Assembly: GCF_001194135.2 (NCBI RefSeq)
Contig: NC_068998.1
Coordinates: 45,404,309-45,468,308, forward strand
Origin: Octopus bimaculoides
Taxonomy: Eukaryota
Direction: 5' to 3'
Length of the DNA stretch: 64,000 nucleotides
Below the pieces are notes generated by a model. It had not been told where the DNA came from. It made no database searches and saw only the letters and a program-made list of their open reading frames with translations. Position numbers and translations under genes: made by a program. Shown piece by piece: positions 12,032 to 25,643 of this stretch (its first letter is position 1; each line of letters opens with the position of its first letter).

Positions 12032-12372
12032 GGAGGTACATGGCTCAGTGGTTAGAACGTTGGGCTCACAATCATGAGATAATGAGTTCAATTCCTGGAC
12101 TGGACTGTGTGTTGTGTTCTTGAGAAAAACACTTTATTTCACATTGCTGCTATTCACTCAGCTGTAGAAATGAGCTGCAATGTTACTGGTGCCAAGCTGT
12201 ACCAGCCTTTGCCTTTTCCTTGGATAACATCAGCAGTGTGGAGCGAGGAGTTTGGTGTGCATGGGAGACTGCTGGTCTTCCATAAAATAACTTTGCATGG
12301 ATTTGTGCCTTGGAAGGGAACTTTCTAAGTGCAATCCCATGGTTCATGACCAAAGAGGGTCTTTACTCTTTT
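12032..12372 (+). mobile_element. tRNA-derived SINE, family C, full length, ending about 80 nt upstream of the KChIP exon acceptor
   Basis: A box TGGCTCAGTGG and B box GAGTTCAATTCC; colinear with the copy at 18812-19152. Confidence 0.85.
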
Positions 12373-12454
12373 AGATTGCATATATATTTAATACACAATA
12401 TCAGAATATGTTGCTTTATCCGTCATCTAACCTATTTACTATTTTGTTTTGCAG

Positions 12455-12579
12455 ATCATGACATCGATGATCTGGAAATGCAAATGGTGCGGTACAAGCC
12501 TGAGGGGCTGGATGTACTGTGCCGAAACACAAAGTTTTCCAGGAAAGAACTACAGATAATGTACAGGGGATTCAAGCAG
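12455..12579 (+). CDS. KCNIP: KChIP (Kv channel-interacting protein) coding exon, 125 bp: (D)HDIDDLEMQMVRYKPEGLDVLCRNTKFSRKELQIMYRGFKQ
   Basis: Acceptor ttttgttttgcAG at 12453-54 and donor GTAATA at 12580; phase 1 in, phase 0 out. The peptide matches the KChIP core start (E-x-L-E-M...R-x-(R/K)-P-E-G-L...T-x-F-(S/T)-x-x-E-L-Q-x-x-Y-R-G-F-K). The paralog number cannot be assigned. Confidence 0.96.
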
Positions 12580-12842
12580 GTAATATCTCTTCTTCACCAT
12601 CTGTCAAAACATACTGTATGTGTTTGCTGATATCATTGGTGGTCTAATATTGTTGAACACATTTTTCTTTCATCTTCATCATAAAATATGTATGCTAGTA
12701 TATATATATACCTACTGGCATATTTACTCATAAATATTTATATATATATAATAATGAGCTTATTGTATACAGTGGTCGGGTGCACAAGTTTATATACATA
12801 TATGTATGTATTTATGTGAATCTATATCTCTCTAAATATATA

Positions 12843-12876
<34 letters not shown>

Positions 12877-13855
12877 ATTTTAAAACATTAAGAAAACTCT
12901 AAAAAATTACAAATGATACAAATTTCAAAACATAAAAAAAGTATTTAAAAGTTTTTCATTTTTTATATATATTTCTTGATTTAAACATGGAAATAAGTCA
13001 AAGCTGAATTGACTTTAAAAAAAACAAAATATTAACAAGGAAAAACAAAGAAAGAGAATTGTAACATATTGTGACAGAAGGAAACTTGGTATTTTTATGA
13101 CATCACTTTAATGTTACAATAAACTCACAAGAAATATATCTTTTTGTTTTTAATTGTATTACCTTAAAAGATTTATATTTTGACAAAATTAAATTAGAGA
13201 TGATATACATCATGTTGATTTCTCAAATACCGCCATATTTTTATTTTGCTTGTGTTTTCTTTTTTTTTTCTTTCTTCAAGTGTGACTATACTTTAAACAA
13301 TAAGAGATAATAACATTGATTAAAATATATCTCTGATGGAATGGAATATTTTTACTCATTCAATAATGATTTATTAGATTCCTTTGATGTAGGAACAGAG
13401 ATTAGTTAATCCACTAGGATCATTTAAACTATGTAACAAACCTTCTGAATCTGTCTTTTTGATCCACTAATGAAGGAAGAACAAATGGAAAATCAGTTCA
13501 TTATGTCTGAGAACAAAGAGAAAAACAAATCCTTCAAACAAGTCTCTTGTTAACTGGTATTAAATAAGTACAATAACAGAACTAAACAACCAATGAGATG
13601 AATGTGTAATCCAAATTCCTATACCAGTTCAAGCTGTATCATTTCACTTTACACTGGGAAAAACTTAGTGGAGGTTAAATTATATCATCTACTTAACACT
13701 TGGAATGTAAGGTCTTGTGCTTATAAATAGAACCTGCACTACATATTATAAAATACAGTGATAAGTGATTAATAATTAGAACATTAATGTTTCTGAAGCA
13801 ATCAACTATTTCCTATGTGTATTAATATTACACAATATGAAGGCAATGAAAGATG

Positions 13856-14236
13856 GCTAGCTGGCAGAAACATTAGCACGCCGAGCAAAATGCCTACCTG
13901 TATTTCATGTCTTTACATTCTGAGTTCAAATTCCTCCAACATCAACTTTGCCTTTTATCCTTTATTAAATACCAGTCGCATATTGGGGTCAATCTAATCG
14001 ATTGCCCCCCCCTCCCCCAAAATTTATGAGCTGGTAGAATCATTAGTATGCTGGACAAAATGCTAAGCAGAATTTCGTTCATCTTCACATTCAGAGTTCA
14101 AATCTTGCTGAGGTCAACTTTGCCTTTCATCATTTTGGGGTCAATAAAATATGTACTAGTTGAGCACTGGGGGTCAATGTAATCAACTTACAGACTCCCT
14201 GAAATAGTTGGCCTTGTGCCAAAATTCGAAACCAAT
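13856..14236 (+). mobile_element. Two head-to-tail copies of tRNA-derived SINE family D
   Basis: GCTGGCAGAA(A/T)C(A/G)TTAGC...GAGTTCAAAT...CAACTTTGCCTTT starts at about 13856 and again at 14028. Confidence 0.8.
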
Positions 14237-14668
14237 GTTACACTTAAAATGTTTCTCACTTGTAGAATGTCAGAGTGTTGAAATATAATATTTCTAGTTT
14301 GTCACCTCAAATGGAACAAGCGTCTATTTATACAATAACCCATGAATATATTTAACAAATTTTCCAGCAGTTGTTACAATTTGGTGTTCTTCAGTATTTT
14401 TAATTGTTGTAAAATAAGTGTCTGGATGTGGCATTTATTTAGAAGGCTTTTATCCTCTAAGTTTGCTTTGTAGTAAATTAACAAGTCATACATAGAATGA
14501 AATATATTAATAATTGAGATTTCAAATAATTCGTTAATTTTAATTTTAGATCATATATGTTTTAATGACCTCCATAATTTCTTTTTAATACAGAAGTAAG
14601 AAAGCTATTTATCAGAAAGAAAACTATTTTTTATCATCTTGCATGTTTTCACCATACACAATTAATTA

Positions 14669-15058
14669 TTCAATGGTAATCCATGTAGATAATGGTTGGA
14701 AAAATAAGGATGCATGAAAATTGAGAGTTGTGTTAGATTTTAAAAAATGAGAAAAGGAGCTAAAAGTTTGTGTTAAGCAGGAAGTGTGGTGTCAAAACAG
14801 GAAGTGTGTGTAAGGGGAGACAAATCTCTTTAGTTGGAATTATGAACTCTTTTTCAACAGGAAGTTTATGTCTGTTGACAAAAAAATCTCCAACTAAAAA
14901 AGATTTGTCTCCCCTTACACACACTTCCTGTTTTGACACCACAGTTCCTGCTTAACACAAACTTTTAGCTCCTTGTCTCTTTTTTGAAACTTAACTCAAC
15001 TCTCAATTTTCTTGCATCCTTATTTTTCCAACCATTATCTACAGGGATTACCATTGAA
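14669..15058. mobile_element. Foldback element/MITE: 170-bp inverted arms around a 50-bp spacer
   Basis: 14669-14838 is the reverse complement of 14889-15058 with roughly 10 differences by eye; internal CAGGAAGTGTG subrepeats; no clear TSD. Confidence 0.85.
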
Positions 15059-15525
15059 CTTTAAAAGCTCAAAGACAATATAATGTATTGGTATGTTTAT
15101 TTTTTATATATTATTTTTTTCATTTTTTACTTTTTTGTAAAAGACATTTTCATTCTCCCTCTTCTTGAAGTCGGTTAGAAATTTATATTAAAATATGCTT
15201 TCAGTTTAGCATTCTGCTTCATTATTATTTTTCATTTTCCTATACATATATATATATATATTTGTACATGCACATGCACACATATACATACACACATACA
15301 TATATACATATATGGATAAATATTTAAGTCTGTGTGTGGTGTGGTGTGTGTGTTTGTGTATGCATGTGTGTGTGTGTTTGTATGTGTTTGTGTGCTGAAA
15401 TGTGCAGTCCCCTAGCAGGACTGAAAAACTACATTCAATTCTGCCCCTAGTTAAAAGAACAATCCAGAGATGACATATCTTAAAACCAAGTTGCAGCCAT
15501 CAGGTGTGTGTGTGTGCATGTATGC

Positions 15526-15572
<47 letters not shown>

Positions 15573-15994
15573 CATATATATGTGTGTGAGTATGCATGTG
15601 TTTGTATTGCATTTGATGGCAACGAAGACATAAGGGCATATTAGACATGCTCCAATTTCAGCAGCTCATTCAGAAGAAAGTGTTTTTAGTCTGTTAAAGC
15701 TTATGGGAGGCCCTACTTCACATATAGGAACTTGAGTGATTTTTTTTTTTTTTTTGAGCCATTTCATTCACGACATTAAGTAGCTGATAGATAGACCTTC
15801 CCCCTAATGCTTACCTTTGTCATTTATATTGTTAAATTGTACATGGTAAATCTTACCCAAGTGCTTATCTCTGATACTTACATTAATAAGTAGATAACTG
15901 ATTTTCCCACTGAATAGGATCCTAATCTGTCATATGTAACTTTGCAAAATAACCTGGTACATATTATTATAATAATAATTATTATTATTATTAT

Positions 15995-16290
15995 GGCTGG
16001 GTTCCAACCTGAGCTACAACAACAAAGTTTACTCGCCACACTTCTCAGTCCATCATCCCTGCCTCAATATAAGTGTGACGATGTTTACCTCTTCTTACAT
16101 CACCATGAAGTGGCTTCCACAAGACTAATTTGGATGTCTCCAGTTCAGGGTAGTGCATGCGGTGACCAGATAGTCGCAGCAGTCTTTGGCTGATCTTCTC
16201 ACTGACTTTCAGCAGGTCTCCATAAAGGCATTCATTTGTCATATTCAAAACAGCTAGATGAACTAAGGCAATTCAGAATGAAGTGTTCTG
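15995..16290 (-). mobile_element. RTE/RTE-X-like LINE, 3' ORF fragment
   Basis: ORF 16045-16248: LYGDLLKVSEKISQRLLRLSGHRMHYPELETSKLVLWKPLHG, resembling the RRLRLAGH...LVLW-P-HG segment after the RT domain of RTE-type LINEs. Confidence 0.65.
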
Positions 16291-16498
16291 CACTGTTATT
16301 CATATAGTTTAACCTCTATATTGTATATATCACTTCACACAGAAGATTTTCTCTGCTTAAATATCTATTGACTATCACTGAACACATCAAAGATGTATGA
16401 AAAATGTAATATTAAACATTTGTGTTGGATACTTCCTGTGCTTTCTATGGCATTTAGGAGTCTAGCAAAATTATAAATAGCAGATTGTGTCATATACA

Positions 16499-16865
16499 GC
16501 ACTAGAAGAAAAATGACCATCTTTGGCTTCAAGACAAAAGGTGTTCTTCCATCAGGATAATGCTCAGCCACATACAACAAGGATGACATTCCAAAGGCTG
16601 AAGCAGTTTGAATGGGAAACGATATTCACCAGACATTGCCCCATCTGATTAGAATTTATTTTGCAGAACAGTACTGGAGGAGTATTTTTCGTTATGGATA
16701 AGTGAATTTTGGAAGAGGAGCCTTGCAAGTGCACCAGATAGATGGAAGAGCATTGTAGAAAATGAAGGAGGATATATTTTAGATTAAAAAATAACTTTGT
16801 TTATCTTAATTTTGAAAAATAAATGAAGTATATAAAAACTGCATTATTTATGGGAAGAACCAATA
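16499..16865 (+). mobile_element. Decayed mariner transposase C-terminus plus right TIR
   Basis: Translates as KVFFHQDNAQPHTTRMTFQRLKQFEWET // YSPDIAPSD // RWKSIVENEGGYILD* (mariner HDNARPH and YSPDLAPSD motifs), with stops and deletions; ends ...TTATTTATGGGAAGAACCAATA. Confidence 0.85.
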
Positions 16866-18811
16866 ATTATAACAGGAAAGATATCCCCCTCCCCCCACCA
16901 AGAATTTCTAACTTAGGAATAATGTTACAAAGTAAGTTTGTTCAGGTACCTGGTTGATTTTTGGTACTTAATTTAGTGAACTTCATATGATAAGAGGCAA
17001 AGTAAACCTTGGTGGGATGTGAACTGGCAATGTAAAGGTACATAATTAAATACTTCAGATAGTCCAACATTCTGCCAATTCTGTAATCCACCACTCTAAC
17101 AACAACAACAGCAGTAGCAGTAGTAGCAGAAGTAGTAGTAAACTAACTAAAATTAACATAATTGAAATATCCTGTTTGAATATGCTGCCATTAATTACAA
17201 AAGGAGAAGGTATAATACATCTCTAATTCTATCACAGCTTCCATTTAAAGTCAGACTCTATTTTGTGATGTCAATTAACAAAGTTTAAAGCCAGTCTCTG
17301 GACACCATTTCTCTCGTAGTCAATTGTAAATAGGATATTCAAGAGATCAAAATGAGGAAATCACCTACAGATATTTATACTGAAGACAGCATTAACTGAA
17401 AGCAGTATTTAAAGAGAAGTATTAAAGTCTTCTTTATTGCAAAGTTATGTGTTTTCTGAAATATCCCCACCAGAATATTTATACAAAAGTGTTTCAAGAT
17501 TTATCTAGTAAATTCAATATTATCAATTAAGTTATATTACAGAATATCTATTCAAATATCTATTCTGTTTCTGCCATGCAGCTCCATGCAGTGAACTGAG
17601 TTTAGGTCATTTAAGATATTTAATAGTATCGAAATTAATGTCAGGTATTTACAACAAGTTTTACATAAAACTCAAGCAAAAGAAGAAAAACAATTAAATT
17701 ATTGTAATTTAGTTATTTCCCAAAACTTTTTTACTTTCTTATTAAATTTATTTATAGACAACTTCCCCTCCCCACCAATTTTGATCCTTTTCTCATATAT
17801 ATATATTGACAGATTTCAAACTTGTAGTCAAATAATTTAGCATTCTAAAGGATCATAAAGTTTGCATGGTTTTAACATGGCATGAGAGATCATCCTATTG
17901 GATTAGTGATGTCAGTTTTTTTGACTTTCCCTTTAATATCTCTAGAGAGAATGTTAATATTAGTAGCCAAGAAGGTCACAGTTAATTAAACAGCACCTTT
18001 GTGTGTGCGTATATGTGTGTGTGTGTGTGCTTAAATTTACAAACAAGAAAAAGTGCTCAGTAGCAAAGGAGAAGGTAATTATTTGTTATCGTGCTAACAT
18101 TATTTGGTGTTACTATTCTGAGTCTTGTAATTACTCACTGACTATGCACCTAAAGTCTGCATTACAGATCATCGTACATGTGATAAATATTATGGATATA
18201 GGTGTCACTTGTAACAGGACAAAATAGACAGTCTCTATGAAATCAGAATCATCATCATCATAATTTTACACCCAATTTCTATGTTGGCATGGGTTGGATG
18301 TATTGCTACAATCAGTCAGTCCATAATTGGGAATACTGCTCACCTAAACAGGTCAGAACAGTGCTTCTCACTCATGCATCTCATTGACCATACATACATA
18401 CATATATATATAGGTACACACACACACACACACACAATCATAAACTAATGTATGTATATAAAAAAGTGGTACTACATCAAAATATATATTTCGGTTAAAG
18501 AGTTTTCTTGTACTACTGATAAATCTTGTGTTATCTTACAAAACAAAACCATCTGTTTTTCTTTTCCTTTCTATAGAATATGACAAAGTTTAAATATTAT
18601 TGTATAAGAAGAGGGCTAATAAGAAACTATAATACTGTCACGTCTTCTGTAAAGGTGCCATTGTATGACAGTCTCTATACTGTGCTCTCTGTTGCCACTT
18701 CAGGAAAACACACCTCTCACTGAGATTACCATGTGAAAGGGCATAAGTGTATAACAGGGTCTTTGAATTAAGGAGCTAAGTAATATCTGTTGATTACTTA
18801 TGCTTCACAAT

Positions 18812-19152
18812 GAAGACGTATGGCTCAGTAGTTAGAACATTGGGCTCACAATCATGAGGTACTGAGTTCGATTCCCAGAACAGGCTATGCATTGTGTTGT
18901 TGAGCAAGACACTTTATTTTACGCTGCTCCAGTTCACCCAGCTGTAGAAATGAGTTGCAATGTCGCTGGTGCCAGGCTGTATCGGCCCCTTTGCCTTTCC
19001 CTTGGATAACATCAGTGGCCTGGAGAGGGGAGGCTGATATGCATGGGTTAGTGCTGGTCTTCCATAAACAACCTTGCCTGGAGTTGCGCTTCAGAAGGGA
19101 ACTTTCTAGGTTCAATCCCATGGTCATTCGTAACTCAAAGGGGTCTTTTACC
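18812..19152 (+). mobile_element. tRNA-derived SINE, family C, full length
   Basis: Colinear with 12032-12372; B box GAGTTCGATTCCC. Confidence 0.85.
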
Positions 19153-21677
19153 TTACAATTTTATATAGATATATATATACTCACTCCCACACACACACAC
19201 ACACATACATATATATATAGTTAAAAAATTTAGCAAAAACACAGCAAACGCAATTCTTCAGCTAAAAGTATTTTGCACGATTTAAGTTATAGAGCTTAAA
19301 TCTAAATACCTCTACAATTAAACCATACCACAAACCTCATTAAATAGATCGACAGAGAAAGCATGCTGTACCACGACCTATGCCTGCAATATATAGCCAT
19401 ACTAAATACTCTGAATGTCCTATTTACAAAATCCAAATTAAGTTTTTCATTTTATAAAACATCTAAACTAGATTATATCTTTCAGCAACAACTGCAAGTT
19501 TTTCAGCAACATATGTTTATTTTAATGAATTTCTTGACACTTTAACAGCCATTTCAGATATTCAGTTCTGTATTGTCAATTCAATCAGTTAAACAGTGTT
19601 GTAATTTAATGAACAAATATTTCTTATAGGAGGTTCATTGATGGATAAATTATGCGTGTATGTATATATACACATATCCATATCTACACACACACATACA
19701 CATGCGTATTTTATTTCATACGATTATGTAAGAATATTTGTGGAGACTAATGGTTCATTTCTTAAGGAAAGGAAATTGTATTATTTATGTGCGTCTGCCT
19801 GCATACATGCTTTTTGTGATGGGCAGCATTGGCATGTTTTAATGGGGAGTGGTGAAAGATAAAGATAAAGCTTGGGAAATTTCTAATAGAACAGTGTAAG
19901 GAAGAGATTGATCGTAAAGATGATGATGGTGATGAATGACTAAACTCAGAATTCAGCTGTAATCTGGAAACTACAAACTGTCCTAAATAATTATATACAA
20001 AAATAAATTACATTTCTCAGCTGATAAATGTTGCATCAAATGTTTAGAAACATCCAGGATTGCATTGTAATTTAAATGGAGTTTACCTTTAAAAAAAAAA
20101 GCTAGACAACCAATATATTTGAAATAAACTATTTTTCAATCTAGTCAAGAACTTGTATTTAATATTAGAGTTAATTATAGAATTCAGTTTTTCAGTCTCC
20201 TCTCCCCTCCTTCTTTCCAATATCTTCTGAGCACCAGAATATTTATCTGACTACTGTAGTGTATACTACCTTGAAAATAACATCGCAGCAGCATGATCAA
20301 TAACTCGTTAGAATAATTCAATCGCACTCTACCATGCTTGACATGTTATAGTAAGACAGAAGTGCTATTAACCAAATTCTCTGCTTCCATTGGTGGCTCA
20401 CGCAGTTGCTACCATTCATTAACTTTTTTTTACCATTAATTTATGTTGACATAACTCATCAATTTTCAAGGGAGAATTTCCTTTCCCAGAACGAGCTGCT
20501 GGTATTGATTCCTGATTTTATCTGCAATCATGAGTACTGACAGATGATAATCTCTACATATTGAGGATTTTTATCCTGTTTTATTGCAATGGGAATATCA
20601 GTTCATTTGTAAATATTTTACTGTTTGGCAAAACATTAAGGTCAATGATTTACTTTATTACATAAATTGGGCTTTGCTCTGTGGCAACAACAGCCTGGCC
20701 AATGAGCTGTAACTGAAATATAGCTTTTGCTAGTTGAAAACTATGTTAATGAATTGATTGAATGGATTTCATACAAACAGAATTTAGATCTATATATTGA
20801 TAAATTACTTCAGGTGTCTGAATCTGTTTGCTTTCTGTAACAGAGAAGCATTGGTTGAGTTCTGTATAAAAATATGTGTACTTACATGTCATAATCATCA
20901 CACACACACACACACACACATGCATGCACACATGCATATGATCATCATGTTACATCTGCTTTATATGATGGCATGGTTTGGGCAGGTCATCATAGTCCAA
21001 GTTCTTTCTTATCAGAAGTCACTGCTCTCACTGACTGGTGCTCATACATGTCATTATTTTCTATTGCCAACCACTTTACAAAGAATACTGGGTGCATTTT
21101 CTTATAGCACCAATACTAGAAACGTTGATGAGACATTTTCAAGACACCTAAAAGACCTCACAACCTTACACTTCCTCCACTCATTTGCAGTCCACTTTAC
21201 AATGAGTATTGAGTGTATTTTTCATGGCAGCTACAGTAGGGTGGTTGTCAAATCCTTTTATGAGACAGAGCTGTTTTATATGTATACACGTACCAATCAC
21301 TTTTGAGGGTGTGCAAGAGAGCTTAGCTTGATCTGGACTTTCTAGAGAACACTGAGTAACATAAGACATGAACTTTTGCTGAGGTAATGTAATCAAGGAA
21401 AGAAAATGTCGATGAAAGGACTAGGAGCAGGATGATAGCTACAGAGTTTATGGAGTATAGACAGGAATAGAATGGAATGTTAGGCAAAAGTAAACATTGG
21501 ATATAATAATAGGAGGTGATAGTTGACATACATATTTACACTATAATAAAGAGTGCTACTTATTAAATAGTTTGGAGTATGTAACTTTTACTAACAGAAA
21601 TAAAGAATTATTAAAGTCTACAAATTTCTAAAAGAATTTTAATTTCAATAAATTTTTATCATAATTTAGTTTTTAAC

Positions 21678-21720
<43 letters not shown>

Positions 21721-21724
21721 TCAT

Positions 21725-22722
21725 NNNNNNNNNNNNNNNNNNNNNNNNNNNNNNNNNNNNNNNNNNNNNNNNNNNNNNNNNNNNNNNNNNNNNNNNNNNN
21801 NNNNNNNNNNNNNNNNNNNNNNNNNNNNNNNNNNNNNNNNNNNNNNNNNNNNNNNNNNNNNNNNNNNNNNNNNNNNNNNNNNNNNNNNNNNNNNNNNNNN
21901 NNNNNNNNNNNNNNNNNNNNNNNNNNNNNNNNNNNNNNNNNNNNNNNNNNNNNNNNNNNNNNNNNNNNNNNNNNNNNNNNNNNNNNNNNNNNNNNNNNNN
22001 NNNNNNNNNNNNNNNNNNNNNNNNNNNNNNNNNNNNNNNNNNNNNNNNNNNNNNNNNNNNNNNNNNNNNNNNNNNNNNNNNNNNNNNNNNNNNNNNNNNN
22101 NNNNNNNNNNNNNNNNNNNNNNNNNNNNNNNNNNNNNNNNNNNNNNNNNNNNNNNNNNNNNNNNNNNNNNNNNNNNNNNNNNNNNNNNNNNNNNNNNNNN
22201 NNNNNNNNNNNNNNNNNNNNNNNNNNNNNNNNNNNNNNNNNNNNNNNNNNNNNNNNNNNNNNNNNNNNNNNNNNNNNNNNNNNNNNNNNNNNNNNNNNNN
22301 NNNNNNNNNNNNNNNNNNNNNNNNNNNNNNNNNNNNNNNNNNNNNNNNNNNNNNNNNNNNNNNNNNNNNNNNNNNNNNNNNNNNNNNNNNNNNNNNNNNN
22401 NNNNNNNNNNNNNNNNNNNNNNNNNNNNNNNNNNNNNNNNNNNNNNNNNNNNNNNNNNNNNNNNNNNNNNNNNNNNNNNNNNNNNNNNNNNNNNNNNNNN
22501 NNNNNNNNNNNNNNNNNNNNNNNNNNNNNNNNNNNNNNNNNNNNNNNNNNNNNNNNNNNNNNNNNNNNNNNNNNNNNNNNNNNNNNNNNNNNNNNNNNNN
22601 NNNNNNNNNNNNNNNNNNNNNNNNNNNNNNNNNNNNNNNNNNNNNNNNNNNNNNNNNNNNNNNNNNNNNNNNNNNNNNNNNNNNNNNNNNNNNNNNNNNN
22701 NNNNNNNNNNNNNNNNNNNNNN
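21725..22722. other. Assembly gap (998 N)
   Basis: Run of N. Confidence 1.
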
Positions 22723-22770
<48 letters not shown>

Positions 22771-22915
22771 CAACAGGCTTCTTTCAGTTTCCATCTACCA
22801 AATCCACTCACAAGACTTTGGTCAGCCCGAGGCTATAGTAGAAGACACTTGCCCAAGGTGCCACGCAGTGGGACTGAACCCGGAACCATGTGGTTGGTAA
22901 ACAAGCTACTTACCA
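22723..22915 (-). mobile_element. tRNA-derived SINE, family A, 5' half
   Basis: Reverse complement of the family A head (GGACTGAACCCGGAACCATGTGG). Confidence 0.85.
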
Positions 22916-23808
22916 AGAGTTTAACTATGGCCTGTCCATAGCACTTACTTAGTGTTACCTGCCACTCTTTGGGTCTTCTAAATACCTATACCTTTTATAT
23001 ATCATTGATTGAACAGAAACATTGTACTAAAGTAGTAGGCTAAACAAGTTGCATACAGTTTGCTTTTAGTTCTCACAGCTCTATTATCAGGTGAAAAAAG
23101 TGATCTATGATTGAATTGTGTCAGCTGGAACACAACTAGGTCAAAGAAGACATAAAACGCTGGTAATTAGTTGTCATAGAAGAATTAATTTGCAACAAAT
23201 AAAATAGATACATAAACAGGTGCAAAAAACTTAATGAACATTCATTACATATAGGCTGGTATCAAAAATATAAATAAATATAGGAAGTTGTTAGATCTGG
23301 AGATGGTCATTTGCTAATTAATCATACGTACTATATATTTGATATTCACTTTATTATTATTGTTGTTATTATTATTTAAGATGTCACACAGTACTCAATA
23401 TCACAATGTTGTTGATTGAAGATATTGTGTTTACTGGGGGGTTTATACTGTTTGTCAAGTCACAACAAGGGCTTCAGACAGGTAGTACTTTACACAATAT
23501 GTGTGCAGTTCAAAGTAGTGTGGAGTTTTACAATACACCTAGATTCTGACCATGTAATTTCATGCAGAGTAGGGTTTCTTCTCTCTCATTGATTGGAATT
23601 CCTGAGCTCTCTCAAGTCCATTTTTGTTAAATCCTTCTGCATTAGCAGCATACTGTAGCAGGTCTTGTTTGCTGTTTACCAAATATTCTGCCAAGTTTCT
23701 TCTTTCACTGTTGATGCACCCCCGTACACTAATTAGCCCATATCCACCTTTAGCCCTCTTCATGTAGAGCCTGTATTACTGTTGTTGTCATCATCAGTAT
23801 CATCATCG

Positions 23809-23852
<44 letters not shown>

Positions 23853-23880
23853 TATTATTATTATTACTATTATTATTAAT

Positions 23881-24070
23881 GGTGGCAAGCTGGGCGAAAT
23901 GCTTAGCAGCATTTAGTCTGTCATGTTCTGAGTGCAAATGCCTCCAAGGTCAACTTTGCCTTTCATCCTTTCGGGGTCAATAAAATAAGTACTAGTTGAA
24001 CACTGGGGTCAATGTAATTAACTCATCCCCTCCCCACTAATTGTTGCCCTTGTGGCAAAATTTGAAACCT

Positions 24071-24118
<48 letters not shown>

Positions 24119-24390
24119 ATTATTTATTATTATTATTTATCATTATTATCATTATTATTAATTATTATTATTAAGGTGTCGAGCTGGCAGAATCGTTAGC
24201 ATGTCAGGTGAAATGCTTAGCAGTAATTTGTCTGCTGTCATATTCCGAGTTCAAATTGTGCCAAGGCTGACTTTGCCTTTCTTCCTTTCAGGGTTGATAA
24301 ATTAAGTACCAGTTGCGTACTGGGTCTCAATGTAATCGACTAGTCTACTCCCTCAGAATTTCCAGCCCTCTGCCTATTGTAGAAAGGATT
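23881..24390 (+). mobile_element. Two SINE family D copies (about 23881-24070 and 24174-24390) embedded in (ATT)n tracts
   Basis: Same family D motifs as 13856-14236. Confidence 0.8.
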
Positions 24391-24654
24391 ATGATTATCA
24401 TCATCATCATCATTATAATAATAATAATTATTGTTGTTGTTGTTGTTGTCATCATTATTATTAGTGTATTTGTCAGAGTTCTTTTGTCACACATTCAGTG
24501 ACATTTTCAACAGCTTTCTGTATTTTGTATCTTTCGATCTCCTAATTCCATGGAACAGACAGGACAAGAGGAGACACAAAGAACAAAAAGTTGCTGAAGA
24601 GGTCACAGAATGTGCTACAAAAAAACTGACAAATGAACAAATAATAATGATAAT

Positions 24655-24825
24655 AATAAGGGTTTCAAATTTTGGCACAAGGCCAGAAATATCAGAGGAG
24701 GGGGTTATGTCAATTACATCAACCCCCACTGATCAACTAGTACTTATTTTATCAAGCCCAAAAGGATGAGAGACAAAACCAACCTCAGCAGAATTTGAAC
24801 TCAGAATGTAAAGACAAATAAAACA
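24655..24825 (-). mobile_element. SINE family D copy, inverted relative to its neighbours
   Basis: GGTTTCAAATTTTGGCACAAGGCC...GAATTTGAACTCAGAATG is the reverse complement of family D. Confidence 0.8.
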
Positions 24826-24995
24826 CTTTTCTATATTTAAGAGATGAGGAATTATGTACACTATTTACATTTGACAGATATTTGTTCTTATCTTGTTTGT
24901 TGTTAACAAAATATTTCAGCTGATATATCCTCCAGCCTTGGTCAGGTTTCTTGGGGAAATTTCGAACTTGTGTTCTCATTCCTAAGGTATTTTTC

Positions 24996-25030
<35 letters not shown>

Positions 25031-25065
25031 TTTTCTTTGTTTCAGTCATTTGACTGCAGCAATAT

Positions 25066-25129
25066 GTATATGTGTATATATCTACGTATGTGTATATCAT
25101 ATATATATATACGTGTGTGCATGAGAGAG

Positions 25130-25164
<35 letters not shown>

Positions 25165-25181
25165 CATACATATATATATAC

Positions 25182-25232
<51 letters not shown>

Positions 25233-25275
25233 CATACATATATATATATATACAAACACACACATATATATACAT

Positions 25276-25306
<31 letters not shown>

Positions 25307-25350
25307 CATATATATATATAAATACATATACATATATACACACATATACA
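25066..25350. repeat. Compound (TA)n/(CA)n/(TACA)n microsatellite, representative of dozens in the window
   Basis: Directly visible; such tracts produce the YI/HT/CV-rich pseudo-ORFs in the ORF track. Confidence 0.95.
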
Positions 25351-25643
25351 GTGTAGCAAGTGTTATCCCAAGAAATAACAAATTAACCGAGAAAGTCATG
25401 TGTAAATCAGGAAACATATTAATACTGGAAGATAAAATTATTGACTGTGCCTTACTACCTGCCGCATTCATCCGGATAAAGAATATAAAAGAGGAAATTA
25501 GAAAAAATACCTTTAGGTTCAATAGTTTCTGTGCATTCTCACTGTGTAAGTTATAGTTCTGTGTATGCAAGTGTTCATGCAATCTATAGATGTGTGCGTA
25601 GTGTGTGAATTTTTTTTTCCTTTAAAATTTACAATAACTTTAA

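Noticed and set aside
12310-12630. 106-aa ORF as a complete gene
   Set aside because: Only 12455-12579 is KChIP-like and splice-bounded; the flanks are SINE and intron read-through.
17378-17410. CTGAAGA CAGCATTAACT GAAA motif
   Set aside because: Stem II is not closed next to the core and the flanks pair with the core itself, which is not hammerhead topology.
20797-21306. 169-aa ORF
   Set aside because: It is composed of a CA repeat and a non-coding repeat also seen inverted near 33060-33120; no recognisable domain.
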